From Octopus vulgaris (Eukaryota): 64,000 bases of DNA. This document shows positions 12,339 to 24,451 of the stretch, piece by piece (within the stretch, counting starts at the first letter, position 1; every line of letters begins with the position of its first letter). The position numbers were made by a program, and so were the translations under genes. The notes beneath the pieces are model-generated. The model was not told where the DNA came from, ran no database searches, and saw only the letters and a program-made list of their open reading frames with translations. The DNA lies in NCBI GenBank assembly GCA_951406725.2, contig OX597820.1, positions 17,732,001 to 17,796,000 of the forward strand, in the 5' to 3' direction.

Positions 12339-13905
12339 CGCACATAAATGTATTCGAAATATCTGATTAAATACTAAATCTTCGACGTTAGCGAAATTCT
12401 TGCTTTTCATGATTTCTTCGTTTCTCATTTTCTTAAATATTATCACAAATTACAATAAATATACAGGACTGAAGGATCTTTTCTTTTTGAAAGCCAGATT
12501 TTCCTAGTTAACTAAACAATTTGAAACTTCGTATACTGGTAAAATCTGTCAAAAGAAAACATAATTGTAAACCAAAATGAAAACGGAATTGCAATTTCTA
12601 AGTTTAACGTTGTTTAAAAATTCGAATTTTAACCAATGATATTCTTTCTTTCGGCCTCATATTATTTACTGCTTCTCAAAATATTGTTACTGTGACGTAA
12701 ACAGCTATTTTGTGACGTAGTTAACATAGTTAAAATGTAAACATCACCGTCCCATTTCGAAATAGCTGTCGAGAATAAAATGAAATTTCGATGGTAAATT
12801 TTTGGAGGGGTTTCGGTAATTTAGTTTCGATATAAAAAATAAAATTGCACAAAATTTTGGCACAAGACCAACAATTTGGGAGGAGGGGTTAATCGATTAC
12901 ATTGACTGGTACTTAATTGATCATGAAAGGTAAAGTCGACGACGACGGTATCGTGAGGAGTCGGAAGAAATGCCACAAGGTATTTTGTCCGACGCACGAA
13001 CGATTCTGCCTGCTTGCCCCACCCCCTTCCTTAATAATTTTTCTTTCCCCAGTAAGTACAAGGACTGAAGCTGATGGGAAGAACTAGTCGATTGTATTCA
13101 ACTGGTACTTATTCTATAAGCGCCACCCGAAAGAAGGAAAGCTCAGCAATATTCGAACACGGAACGTAAAGATTCGTAAGAAATGACGCTAGGCATTTTA
13201 TCCGATGCACTACCGATTCTGCCAGCTTTACATTATATTTTTCGTCGAAGTTTAACTATGTCACCTTGATGATATATTTTTACGCGTGGACAAATAATAG
13301 AGAGATAATGTGGATCAGATGATATTACATGCTGACAAGGGCTTGGTAAAGGACTGTTAGAATGTTTAGGGATACGGTCCTATACGTTCGGGTTTCAACC
13401 CTCACCGGAATTCAAAACAAGCTGTCTGTTCTTCCACGGTCGAGAAAATACATCGATCAAGTATTGGAGATCGATATAAATGATTATACCCTCCACTCAC
13501 CCCAAAATATATGCTTTGTGTCTATAATCAATATTACAAATATATTGTTATTGCTATTTAACTCAGGTCATCCTAATAAACCCGGTTGAGGATCAAAGGG
13601 TTCCAACTATGACCAACCTGTATTTTTGCGCCCCCCCCCTTTTTTTTCAGATATAGCATCTATGATTATATTAGCCAATGTACCCTTCCTTTAACCCGGT
13701 AGTATATGGTTTTAAGGGGATTTGGGTGTTATTCATAGCACATTCACGAGCGAAAACGCAGAGGGGCCCTGATTATGTGCGAGTATGCGTATGGATGGGT
13801 ACGTGTGTGTATGTGGGTGCATACAAGCCAAATAACCGGTTCAAGGCATGTGCCAAACTGAAGAATCAAAGCGTGTGCACAAGTTTATAGTAAATATATA
13901 CATTG

Positions 13906-14326
13906 GGATCTTCTCGGTTTGAACGTCAGTTTTTAACATAATTTCTAGGTAACTAAAATATTTTAAACTTCGTATACTGGTAGAATGTGTTTATAAAACA
14001 TCTTTTTCTCTTGGCTTTATTGAGAAAATTCTATGGTTTGTAAGATAATTGGTCTCTAATTTCTTGCATTTCGGCAATTTCAACCAATCAATGACCGTCT
14101 ATTGAGGTGAAAACATTCTGTGCCGTATGAATATGTCCCTCGTTTAAGAAACAGATTGGGTTTATTTACATTTGTGAAGAAAAAAGATACCCTTCCCCCC
14201 ACCCATAACTAACCCTAACCCTAAAACAGATTGAAATGCAATAGATCGATACTAGGGTCATAATTATGGGTGACAATTTCATATGACACCGCTAGAAAAA
14301 AACTGCCGTTCAAACCGAAAAGATCC
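13906..14326 (+). mobile_element. MITE with TIRs and internal (CCCTAA)n
   Basis: Same family; the left flank differs from other copies. Confidence 0.85.
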
Positions 14327-14684
14327 GGCGTATGTACTGCCGTGTGGTAAGAGGATCGCTTCTAAATCATATAATTTCGGTTTCAGTCTCACTGCATGGC
14401 ACCTTGGGCAAATGTCTTCTATTGTAATAGTAGTAGTGTGTATGTCTGTCCCAACCCCGCTTGATAACACTATCGGTTTGTTTGAGTCGAAGTAACTTAG
14501 CAGTTAAACAAAGAAGATGGATAGACCAAGCGCCTGACTTTACAAAATAAGTACTATGTTGATTTTTTTCGATTACAACCCACCAAAATCGATACTCCAC
14601 TATGGCTGCAATCCAATGACTGCACCAAAATAAGAAATATATATTAGAAAAACCCGAGATTCATCCGATAAAATTTATAAAGAT

Positions 14685-14756
14685 TGCGTCGGCCGGGAGT
14701 CGAACCCGGATCGACTGCTTGGAAGGCAACCATGCTGACCGTTACACCACCGACGC
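14685..14756 (-). tRNA. tRNA-Gly(TCC): tRNA-Gly(TCC), D-loop variant
   Basis: Single T->C in the D-loop. Confidence 0.92.
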
Positions 14757-15383
14757 CATACAGTTACGAGTGCTAAATATTTGAATAAATACACAATATT
14801 CAACATTGATTTCTTCTTCCCTCTTTTTCTTTGATGTCATTTCAAATTACAAAATTACATTACTTTATTTAGATCAGAAACATATAACACGATGCTCGCG
14901 CATGCGTGTGCGTTTCTTTGTGCATGCTCGCCCACTCTACTTGATAACCGATGCCGGTTTGTTTACGTCTTTGTAACTTAGCTGCTCGGCAAAAGACAGG
15001 GATAGAATAAGTACCAGACATGAGAAAAGAAAAAGTATCCGGATTGATTTGTTCGTCTGCGACCCTTCAAGGAGATGTCCCAGTAAAAACGGACGAAACG
15101 CCGCTAAGCATTTCGTCCGTTTTTACTGGGGCATCTCCTCGTTTCGTCTGTCTTTATATTCCGAGTTCAAATTCGGACGAGGTTGAATTTGCTTTTTATC
15201 CTTTTGGAATCGATAAAATAGTACCAGTTGAGCACTGGGGTTGATGTAGCCCACTAGCCCCCTCCATCAAATTTCAAGCCTTGTGCATGAAGTAGAATGG
15301 GTTATTATTATTCTCATTTTCAATTTAAATCTGCATGTTTACCTTTTAAGATTGAAAGGATAAAAGTAATGCATTTAAAACAC

Positions 15384-15455
15384 TGCGTCGGCCGGTAGTC
15401 GAACCCGGATAGACTGCTTGGAAGGCAACCATGCTAACCGTTACACCACCGACGC
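15384..15455 (-). tRNA. tRNA-Gly(TCC): tRNA-Gly(TCC), two substitutions (possible pseudogene)
   Basis: C->A at the B-box end/T-stem and a variable-loop change. Confidence 0.7.
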
Positions 15456-15978
15456 TCTGCTGCTGTGATCTTTAAATATTTGCTTAAATGCTAAATATTT
15501 GTCATTGTGAAAGTCTTATTTCTCATAATTTCTTCGTCTCGCGTTTTTCTTGAATATAACGTTAAACTACAAAATTTTATTCAGACCAGTGACCTCTGCT
15601 GACCACCTTAAAAGGAGGCGATGAGCTGGTAGGATCGTTTGAATGCCGGACAATATGCTTAGCGGCATTTCGTCCGTTTTCACGTTCTGAGTTCAAATTC
15701 CACCGAGGTTGACTTTCAGAGTCGATAAAATAAATAAAAATTGAACAGGTAATTTACTTAACACCCTAACCCTAACCCACCCCACCCACCCCGAAATTGC
15801 TGTCCTTGTGCCACAATTTGAAATCACTATTTAGATCCAGAAACATTTAGAAACATAACATGGCAGTCCTGGTTTAGGACTAATGTTGCTGTAATTTAGC
15901 CCCAGGAGACATCGTCTCCAGCTGGCTATACGACACGATCTGCCATGTTATGTTGGCAAACAATCTTTACTCCAAAGT

Positions 15979-16316
15979 GGAGGCGCAATGGCCCAGTGGT
16001 TAGGGCAGCGTTGTGAGTGTTTATTGAGCGAAAACACCTAAAGCTCCACGACGCTCCGGCAGGGGATGGTGGTGATCCCTGCTGTACTCTTTCACCACAA
16101 CTTTCTCTCACTCTTACTTCCTGTTTCTGTTGTACCTGTACTTCAAAGGGCCGGCCTTGTCACTCTCTGTGTCACGCTGAATATCCCCGAGAACTACGTT
16201 AAGGGTACACGTGTCTGTGGAGTGCTCAGCCACTTACACGTTAATTTCACGAGCAGACTGTTCCGTTGATTCGGATCAACCGGAACCCACGTCGTCGTAA
16301 CCGACGGAGTGCTGCC
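15979..16316 (+). mobile_element. SINE family C with 10-bp TSD
   Basis: TSD ACTCCAAAGT at 15969-15978 and 16317-16326; empty paralogous site at 21671-21680. Confidence 0.9.
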
Positions 16317-16515
16317 ACTCCAAAGTACTCTTTGCTGAATATCTCTCGTTGTGAGATTTAAAAATAGTAATTTTCTAATTTACAGAAACATTTAATACGA
16401 TATAATACGGAGTTTGGCAAAGTGTTAGCCCTCTCTCTCTCACTCCTTCCGTCTCTCTATTTCTCTCTCTCACTCTCCGTCTCTCTCTCTTTCACTCTCC
16501 GTCTCTCTCACTCCC

Positions 16516-16577
<62 letters not shown>

Positions 16578-17359
16578 TTCCCTGAGTATTATGAATAAAA
16601 AACCTAAACGTTTTATCCAAATTTTATCTGCTCTGCTATGAATAAATCGACTTTTAATGACTTCGTGTACATTGGCTTAGTAACACGGGGTACGGGAGGT
16701 CGGCGGGTGCAAACGCACCGCCTAAAATTTTGGTGGGGCGGGATTTGAAATATTACTTTCCCATTATTAGATTCATCTCATTTGATTGATGTACAAATAT
16801 AATAATAACCCTTTCTAATAAAGGCACAAGGCCTGAAATTTGGTTGGAGTGGGAAGTCGATTACATCGATCCCCGAAATTTGTGTGTGTTTCTTTGTGCT
16901 TGCTCGTCCACTCTACTTGATAACCGATGCCGGTTTGTTTACGTCTTCGTAACTTAGCTGCTCGGCAAAAGACGGGGATGGAATAAGTACTAGACATGAG
17001 AAAAGGAAAAGTATTTAGGTTGATTTTTTCGTCTACGACCCTTTAAGGAGATGTCCCAGTAAAAACGGACGAAATGCCGCTAAGCATTTCGTCCGTTCTT
17101 ACTGGGGCGTCCGTCTTTATGTTGCGAGTTCAAATTCGGACGAGGTTGAATTTGCCTTTTATCCTTTCGGGATCGATAAAATAAGTACCAGTTGAGCACT
17201 GGAGTTGATGTAGCCGACTAGACCCCTCCACCAAATTTCAAGCCTTGTGCATAGAGTAGAACGGGTTATTACTATTGCCATTTTTACTTTAAATCTGCAT
17301 TTTGAGATGTTTGATATAAACACGTGATTCAAAGGATAAAAGTAATGCATTTAAAACAT

Positions 17360-17431
17360 TGCGTCGGCCGGGAGTCGAACCCGGATCGACTGCTTGGAAG
17401 GCAACCATACTAACCGTTACACCACCGACGC
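17360..17431 (-). tRNA. tRNA-Gly(TCC): tRNA-Gly(TCC), D-stem variant
   Basis: One C->T giving a G-U pair. Confidence 0.88.
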
Positions 17432-17904
17432 TGCACAAGGTTTTATCCGAAATATCTGACTAAAAACTAAATCTTCGATATTGGGGAACTTCTTGCTTTT
17501 AGTGATTTCTTCGTTTCTCGTTTTCTTAAATATTGTCACAAATTACAATAAATATACAGGACTGAAATATACACACATGATTTAAAAGATGCATATTTGA
17601 CGAATGGGCGCAGTGTTGTCATAGGGTTTCGGTTTCGGTTCCGGTTTCAGTCCCACTGCGTGGCACCTTGGGCAAATATCTTCTATTATAATAGTAGTAG
17701 CAGTGTGTGTGCACGTCTGGCCCAACCCCGCTTGATAACACTATTGGTTTGTTTGAGTCGAAGTAACTTAGCAATTAAACATTTACAAAATGTCCGATTA
17801 AAACCCATCAAAATCGATACTCCAATATGGCTGTAATCCAATGACAGCACCAAAATAAGAAATATATAAAAAATCCCAGATGCAACAGATAAAATGTTTG
17901 ACAT

Positions 17905-17976
17905 TGCGTCGGTCGGGAGTCGAACCCGGATCGACCACTTGGAAGGCAACCATGCTAACAGTTACACCACCAACGC
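17905..17976 (-). pseudogene. tRNA-Gly(TCC): tRNA-Gly(TCC) pseudogene
   Basis: Five substitutions, including the anticodon stem and the D-loop GG. Confidence 0.85.
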
Positions 17977-18123
17977 TGCACGTAGTTCTACTCGAAATAT
18001 CTGATTAAATCTTAAATCTTCACATTGATGAACGTCTTGCTCTTCAAGTTTTCTTCGTTTCCCGTTTTCTTAAATATTATCACAAATTACAATGCATATG
18101 CACGATTGAAATATACACGCATG

Positions 18124-18545
18124 GGATCCTTTCGGTTTGAACGGCAGTTTTTAACATAATTTCTAGGTAACTAAAACATTTTAAACTTCGTATACTGATA
18201 GAATGTGTTTATAAAACATCTTTTTCTCTTGGCTTTATTGAGAAAATTCTATGGTTTGTAAGATATTTGGTCTCTAATTTCTTGCATTTCGCCAATTTCA
18301 ACCAATCAATGACCGTCTATTGAGGTGAAAACATTCTGTGCCGTATGAATATGTCCCTCGTTTTAGAAACAGATTGGGTTTATTTACATTTGTGAAGAAA
18401 AAAATATACCCTTCCCCCCACCCATAACTAACCCTAACCCTAAAACAGATTGAAATGCAATAGATCGATACTAGGGTCATAATTATGGGTGACAATTTCA
18501 TATCACACTGCCAGAAAAAAACTGCCGTTCAAACCGAAAAGATCC
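18124..18545 (+). mobile_element. MITE with TIRs and internal (CCCTAA)n
   Basis: Same family. Confidence 0.85.
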
Positions 18546-18831
18546 GGCGTATGTACTGCCGTGTGGTAAGAGGGTCGCTTCTAAATCATATAATTTCGGT
18601 TTCAGTCCCACTGCGTGGCACCTTGGGCAAATATCGCTGAGAGTCACACACGCGTCTTGAGATGTTGCTTGTCAGTCGCCAACTGATTCCTCTAACGGCT
18701 GTAAAGACGCCACCTACAGGAATGGTTGCCAAGGGAGGTTACCCAATCGTGTTGTTTACGGAAGGAATGCGATCGCTAATACCGCTAAACCATCTGTGCT
18801 ACACTATTATAGGAGCTTGTGTGTGTGCGCA

Positions 18832-18891
<60 letters not shown>

Positions 18892-19124
18892 TCTGACCCA
18901 CCACCGCTTGATAACCGCTATTGGCTTGTTTACATAGACGTAACTTCGCTGTTATGCAATGAAGACTGACAGACCAAGCGCCATAGTACAAAATATGTAC
19001 TATGGCCGATTTGTTCGATTAGAAACTTTCAAAATCAATTCTCCAGTCTGGCTGCAATCCAATGACTGCACCAAAATAAAAGATATATAGTAGAAAGACT
19101 AGATTCAAAGGATAAAAACACAAT

Positions 19125-19196
19125 TGCGTCGGCCGGGAGTCGAACCCGGATCGACTGCTTGGAAGGCAACCATGCTAACCGTTACACCACCGACGC
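19125..19196 (-). tRNA. tRNA-Gly(TCC): tRNA-Gly(TCC), consensus copy
   Basis: Exact consensus. Confidence 0.97.
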
Positions 19197-19736
19197 CGCA
19201 CGGGCATAATCGCGAAATATCTGATTAAATACGAAATCTCCAACATTGGTGAAAAATTTTGCTTTTCAAGATTTCTTTGGTTTCCATTTTCTTAAATATC
19301 ATCACAAATTACAATTAAAATATAGGACTGAAATATACATGATTTTTTTAAATGTATATTTACGTATAGGCCCAGGTACTGCCGTGTGGTAAGAGGGTCG
19401 CTTCTAAATCACATAGTTTCGGTTTCAGTCCCACTGCATGGCACCTTGGGCAAATGTCTTCTATTGTAATAGTAGTAGTAGTAGTAGTAGTAGTAGGTGT
19501 GCGTCTGTCCCAACCCCGCTTGATAACACTATCAGTTTGTCTGAGTCGAAGTAACTTAATCCGTTAAACACAGAAGATTGATAGACCAAGAGCCAGACTT
19601 TACAAAATAAGTACTATGTCCGATTAAAACCTTTCAAAATCGATACTCCTATATGGCTGTATCCAATGACTACACCAAAGTAAGATATATATATAGTAGA
19701 AAAATCCTAGATGCAAAGGATAAAAATAGTTAACAT

Positions 19737-19808
19737 TGCGTCGGCCGGGAGTCGAACCCGGACCGACTGCTTGGAAGGCAACCATGCTAACCGTTACACC
19801 ACCGACGC
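19737..19808 (-). tRNA. tRNA-Gly(TCC): tRNA-Gly(TCC), variable-loop variant
   Basis: Single A->G in the variable loop. Confidence 0.92.
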
Positions 19809-20392
19809 TGAACATACTCGTTCCCGAAATATCTCTTTAATTACTAAATCTTCGACATTGGTGAAAGTCTTGCTCTTCAAGTTTTCTTCGTTTCTTGTTT
19901 TCATAAATATTATCACAAATTACAATGCATATACAGGACTGAAATACACACGCATGATTTAAAAGATGCATATTTGACGAATGGGCGCAGGTACTGCCGT
20001 GTGGTAGAAGGTTTGGTAAGAGGGTTGCTTCTAAATCACATAATTTCGGTTTCAGTCCCACTCCATGGTACCTTGGGCAAATGTCTTCTATTGTAGTAGT
20101 AGTAGTAGTAGTGGTAGTGGTAGTAGTAGTAGTAGTAGTAGTAGTAGTGTGTGTGTCTGGCCCAACCCCGCTTGATAACACTATCAACATTGAGTCGAAG
20201 TAACTTAGCAGTTAAACAAAGAAGATTGATAGATCAAGAGCCAGACTTTACAAAATAAGTACTATGTTGATTTTTTCGATTACAACCCACCAAAATCGAT
20301 ACTCCACTATGGCTGCAATCCAATGACTGCACCAAAATGAGAAATATATAGTAGAAAAACCCCGAGATTCATCCGATAAAAACTATCAATAC

Positions 20393-20464
20393 TGCGTCGG
20401 ACGGGAGTCGAACCCAGATCGACTGCTTGGAAGGCAACCATGCTAACCGTTACACCACCGATGC
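20393..20464 (-). pseudogene. tRNA-Gly(TCC): tRNA-Gly(TCC), likely pseudogene
   Basis: Three substitutions in the acceptor and T stems. Confidence 0.7.
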
Positions 20465-21064
20465 CATACGCTTACGTTTACTAAATATTTGAATAAATAC
20501 GCAATATTCAACATTGATTTCTTCTTCCCTCTTTTTCTTTGATGTCATTTCAAATTACAAAATTACATTACTTTGTTTAGATCAGAAACATCTAACACGA
20601 TGCTCGCGCATGCGTGTGTGTTTCTTTGTGCATGCTCGCCCACTCTACTTGATAACCGATGCCGGTTTGTTTACGTCTTTGTAACTTAGCTGCTCGGCAA
20701 AAGACAGGGATAGAATAAGTACCAGACATGAGAAAAGAAAAAGTATCCGGAGATGTCCCAGTAAAAACGGACGAAACGCCGCTAAGCATTTCGTCCGTTT
20801 TTACTGGGGCATCTCCTCGTTTCGTCTGTCTTTATATTCCGAGTTCAAATTCGGACGAGGTTGAATTTGCTTTTTATCCTTTTGGAATCGATAAAATAGT
20901 ACCAGTTGAGCACTGGGGTTGATGTAGCCCACTAGCCCCCTCCATCAAATTTCAAGCCTTGTGCATGAAGTAGAATGGGTTATTATTATTCTCATTTTTA
21001 CTTTAAATTTGCATGTTTGTTACCTTTTGAGATTGAAAGGATAAAAGTAATGCATTTGAAACAT

Positions 21065-21136
21065 TGCGTCGGCCGGGAGTCGAACCCGGATCGACTGCTT
21101 GGAAGGCAATCATGCTAACCGTTACACCACCGACGC
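21065..21136 (-). tRNA. tRNA-Gly(TCC): tRNA-Gly(TCC), anticodon-stem G->A variant (G-U to A-U)
   Basis: Single change compatible with the structure. Confidence 0.92.
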
Positions 21137-22089
21137 TCTGCTACTGTGATCTTTAAATATTTGCTTAAATGCTAAATATTTGTCATTGTGAAAGTCTTAT
21201 TTCTCATAATATCTTCGTCTCGCGTTTTCTTGAATATAATTTTAAACTACAAAATTTTATTCAGAGCAGTGACGTCTGCTGACCACTTTAAAAGGAGGCG
21301 ATGAGCTGGTAGAATCGTTTGAATGCCGGACAATATGCTTAGCGGCATTTCTTCCGTTTTCACGTTCTGAGTTCAAATTCCACCGAGGTTGACTTTCAGA
21401 GTCGATAAAATAAATAAAAATTGAACAGGTAATTTACTTAACACCCTAACCCTAACCCTAACCCACCCCACCCACCCCGAAATTGCTGTCCTTGTGCCAC
21501 AATTTGAAATCACTATTTAGATCCAGAAACATTTGGAGTAAAGATTGTTTGTCAACATAACATGGCAGTCCTGGATTAGGATGAATGTTGCTGTAATTTA
21601 GCCCCAGGAGACATCGTCTCTCGCTGGCTATACGACACGATCTGCCATGTTATGTTGGCAAATAATCTTTACTCCAAAGTACTGTTGCTGAATATCTCTC
21701 GTTGGGAGATTTAAAAATCGTAATTTTCTAATTTACAGAAACATATAATATGATATAATACGGAGTTTGGCAAAGTGTTACCTCTCTCTCTCTCCCTTTC
21801 TCTCTCTCTCACTTTCTCTCTCTCTCTCTCCCTTTCTCTCTCTCCCTTTCTTTCTTTCACTGAGTATTATGAATAAAAAACCTAAACATTTTATCCAAAT
21901 TTTATCTGCTCTGCTATGAATAAATCGACTTTTAATGACTTCGTGTACATTGGCTTAGTAACACGGGGTACGGGAGGTCGGCGGGTGCAAACGCACCGCC
22001 TAAAATTTTGGTGGGGCGGGATTTGAAATATTACTTTTCCATTATTAGATTCATCTCATTTGATTGATGTACAAATATAATAATAATCC

Positions 22090-23195
22090 TTTCTAATAAA
22101 GGCACAAGGCCTGAAATTTGGTTGGAGTGGGAAGTCGATTACATCGATCCCCGAAATTTAATTTGTCGACCACCTCGGTGGAATTTGAACTCAGAACTAA
22201 AAACGAGCGAAATGCCGAGGAGCATTTTGCCTGCCGTGCTAACGATTCTTTTCTACTCTAGACACAAGGCCCGAAATTCGTTTTTGTGTGGGGTAGGGGG
22301 CCAGTCGATTATATTAACTCCTGTATGCAACTGGAACTTAATTTACAGACCCCAAAAGTATGAAAGGCAAAGTCAACCTCGACGGAATTTGAACTAAGAA
22401 CGTAAAAAAATATCGCTAAGCATTTCACCCATTTCTTATTTCTTTATTGCCCACAAGGGGCTAAACATAAAGAGGACAAACAAGGACAGACAAACGGTTT
22501 CGGTAGATTACATCGACTGGTGCGTAACTGGTACTTAATTTATGGACCCCGAAAGGATGAAAGGCAAAGTCGATCTCGGTGGATTTTAAACTCAGAACGT
22601 AGCCGCAGACGAAATACCTATTTCTTTACTACCCACAAGGGGCTAAACACAGAGAGGACAAACAAGGACAGACAAACGGTTTCGGTAGATTACATCGACT
22701 GGTGCGTAACTGGTACTTAATTTATCGACCCCGAAAGGATGAAAGGCAAAGTCGATCTCGGTGGATTTTAAACTCAGAACGTAGCCGCAGACGAAATACC
22801 TATTTCTTTACTACCCACAAGGGGCTAAACACAGAGAGGACAAACAAGGACAGACAAACGGTTTCGGTAGATTACATCGACTGGTGCGTAACTGGTACTT
22901 AATTTATCGACCCCGAAAGGATGAAAGGCAAAGTCGATCTCGGTGGATTTTAAACTCAGAACGTAGCCGCAGACGAAATACCTATTTCTTTACTACCCAC
23001 AAGGGACTAAACACAGAGAGGACAAACAAGGACAGACAAACGGATTAAGTCGATTACATCGACCCAGTGCGTAACTGGTAATTTATCGACCCCGAAAGGA
23101 TGAAAGGCAAAGTCGACCTTTGAACTTAGAACGTAACGGCAGACGAAGTACGGCTACGCATATCGCCCGGCGTGCTAACGTTTCTGCCAGCTCAA
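22090..23195 (-). mobile_element. Nin-domain-like SINE multimer including a 182-bp tandem array
   Basis: Units contain GGTCGACTTTGCCTTTCATCCTTTCGGGGTCGATAAATTAAGTACCAG (Nin-domain-like); near-identical ORFs at 22520 and 22702 give the 182-bp period. Confidence 0.8.
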
Positions 23196-23494
23196 CACCT
23201 TATACAAATATAATAATAAATAGTAATAAAACTGTGCTTAAGACGGCGAGCTGGCAGAGTCGTTAGCATGCCACACAAAATGCTCAGCGGCGTTTAATCC
23301 GTTTTCACCGTTCTGTGTTCAAATTCCGCCAAGTTCGAATTTGCCTTTCGGAGTCGATAAAATACGTACCAATTGAGCACTGGGATCGATATATTTGTTA
23401 GAGTAGTGAGGTGAATGCATTAATTGTAACTACATGTAAAACATTTTTGCTCGGAAGATTTGTCCGGGGAATATTAATCTTTATATAAGACATC

Positions 23495-23527
<33 letters not shown>

Positions 23528-24344
23528 TCCATATTCACTTTATTGCTTACCTTTTTACGACCTCTGATGAAACAGAAAAATTTAAAACGATCCATGAATT
23601 GGAGGTATTTGTTTTTAAACTGTAATTCTATTAGAATTGTCTTCGTCAAATGTTCGATTTAACATAATCTATTTGCATCGGGTCAATGACATGCTGGTGA
23701 CTTCAAATAAGGATGAAATAGCGCTATACATTGCTACAAACAATTGAAAATTTTAAGATCTATATATTGAGTACGAAAGAGAAATAATATATGTATATAT
23801 TCTGTACATCTCATTCCTTACTCTTTGATTTAAATTTCAAGCGTTAAAACTGCCTGAACTTAATGTAATCTAGAAGGGACTGTCTTCAATAAGATAACTG
23901 ATCAGTGCAGCGAGCTGGCAGAAACGTTAGCACACCGGGCGAAATGCGTAGCCGTATTTCGTCTGACGTTACGTTCTGAGTTCAAATTCCGCCGAGGTCG
24001 ACTTTACCTTTCATCCTGTCGGGGTCGATAAATTAAGTACCAGTTACGCGCTAGGGTCGATGTAATCGACTTAATCCCTTTGTCTGTCCTTGTTTCACTC
24101 CTCTATGTTTAGCCCCTTGTGGGTAATAAAGAAACAGGTATTTCGTCTGCCAAGCTAAGTTACGAAGACGTAAACAAACCGTCACCGGTTATCAAGTAGA
24201 GTGGGCGAGCAAGCACAAAGAAACACACACGCATGCGCGAGCATCGTGTTAGATGTTTCTGATCTAAAGAAAGTAATGTAATTTTGTGATTTGAAATGAC
24301 ATCAAAGAAAAAGAGGGAAGAAGAAATCAATGTTGAATATTGCC

Positions 24345-24351
24345 TATTTAA
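24345..24351 (+). promoter_or_regulatory. TATA-like element upstream of the tRNA (TATTTAA, about -35 to -29)
   Basis: An equivalent AT-rich motif sits at the same distance in most array copies; a TATA at about -30 is typical of Pol III genes. Confidence 0.55.
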
Positions 24352-24379
24352 TCAAATATTTAGTACTCGTAAATGTATG

Positions 24380-24451
24380 GCGTCGGTGGTGTAACGGTTA
24401 GCATGGTTGCCTTCCAAGCAGTCGATCCGGGTTCGACTCCCGGCCGACGCA
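24380..24451 (+). tRNA. tRNA-Gly(TCC): tRNA-Gly(TCC), consensus copy in inverted orientation
   Basis: Exact consensus followed by TTTT terminators at 24453 and 24463. Confidence 0.97.

Larger units (their letters stand above)
14330..16880. repeat. segmental duplication, copy 1 (pairs with ~19990-22155)
   Basis: Collinear two-tRNA block plus downstream unique sequence and a (CT)n tract; copy 1 has an extra SINE. Confidence 0.85.
19990..22155. repeat. segmental duplication, copy 2 (pairs with ~14330-16880)
   Basis: Collinear; lacks the SINE found at 15979. Confidence 0.85.

Noticed and set aside
1-21136. CRISPR array (conserved repeat plus variable spacer)
   Set aside because: The repeats are 72-nt tRNA genes 0.4-2.4 kb apart, the spacers are related to each other by descent, no cas genes are present, and the context is eukaryotic.
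4848-21465. True telomere or chromosome-fusion site
   Set aside because: Only 2-5 CCCTAA units at each site, mostly inside a MITE.
22440-23180. Retrozyme (hammerhead-containing tandem repeat)
   Set aside because: No CUGANGA/GAAA core on either strand of the 182-bp unit.
573-24451. tRNA copies as SINE heads rather than genes
   Set aside because: They are complete, often identical cloverleaves with their own T-run terminators and no SINE body, tail or TSD.
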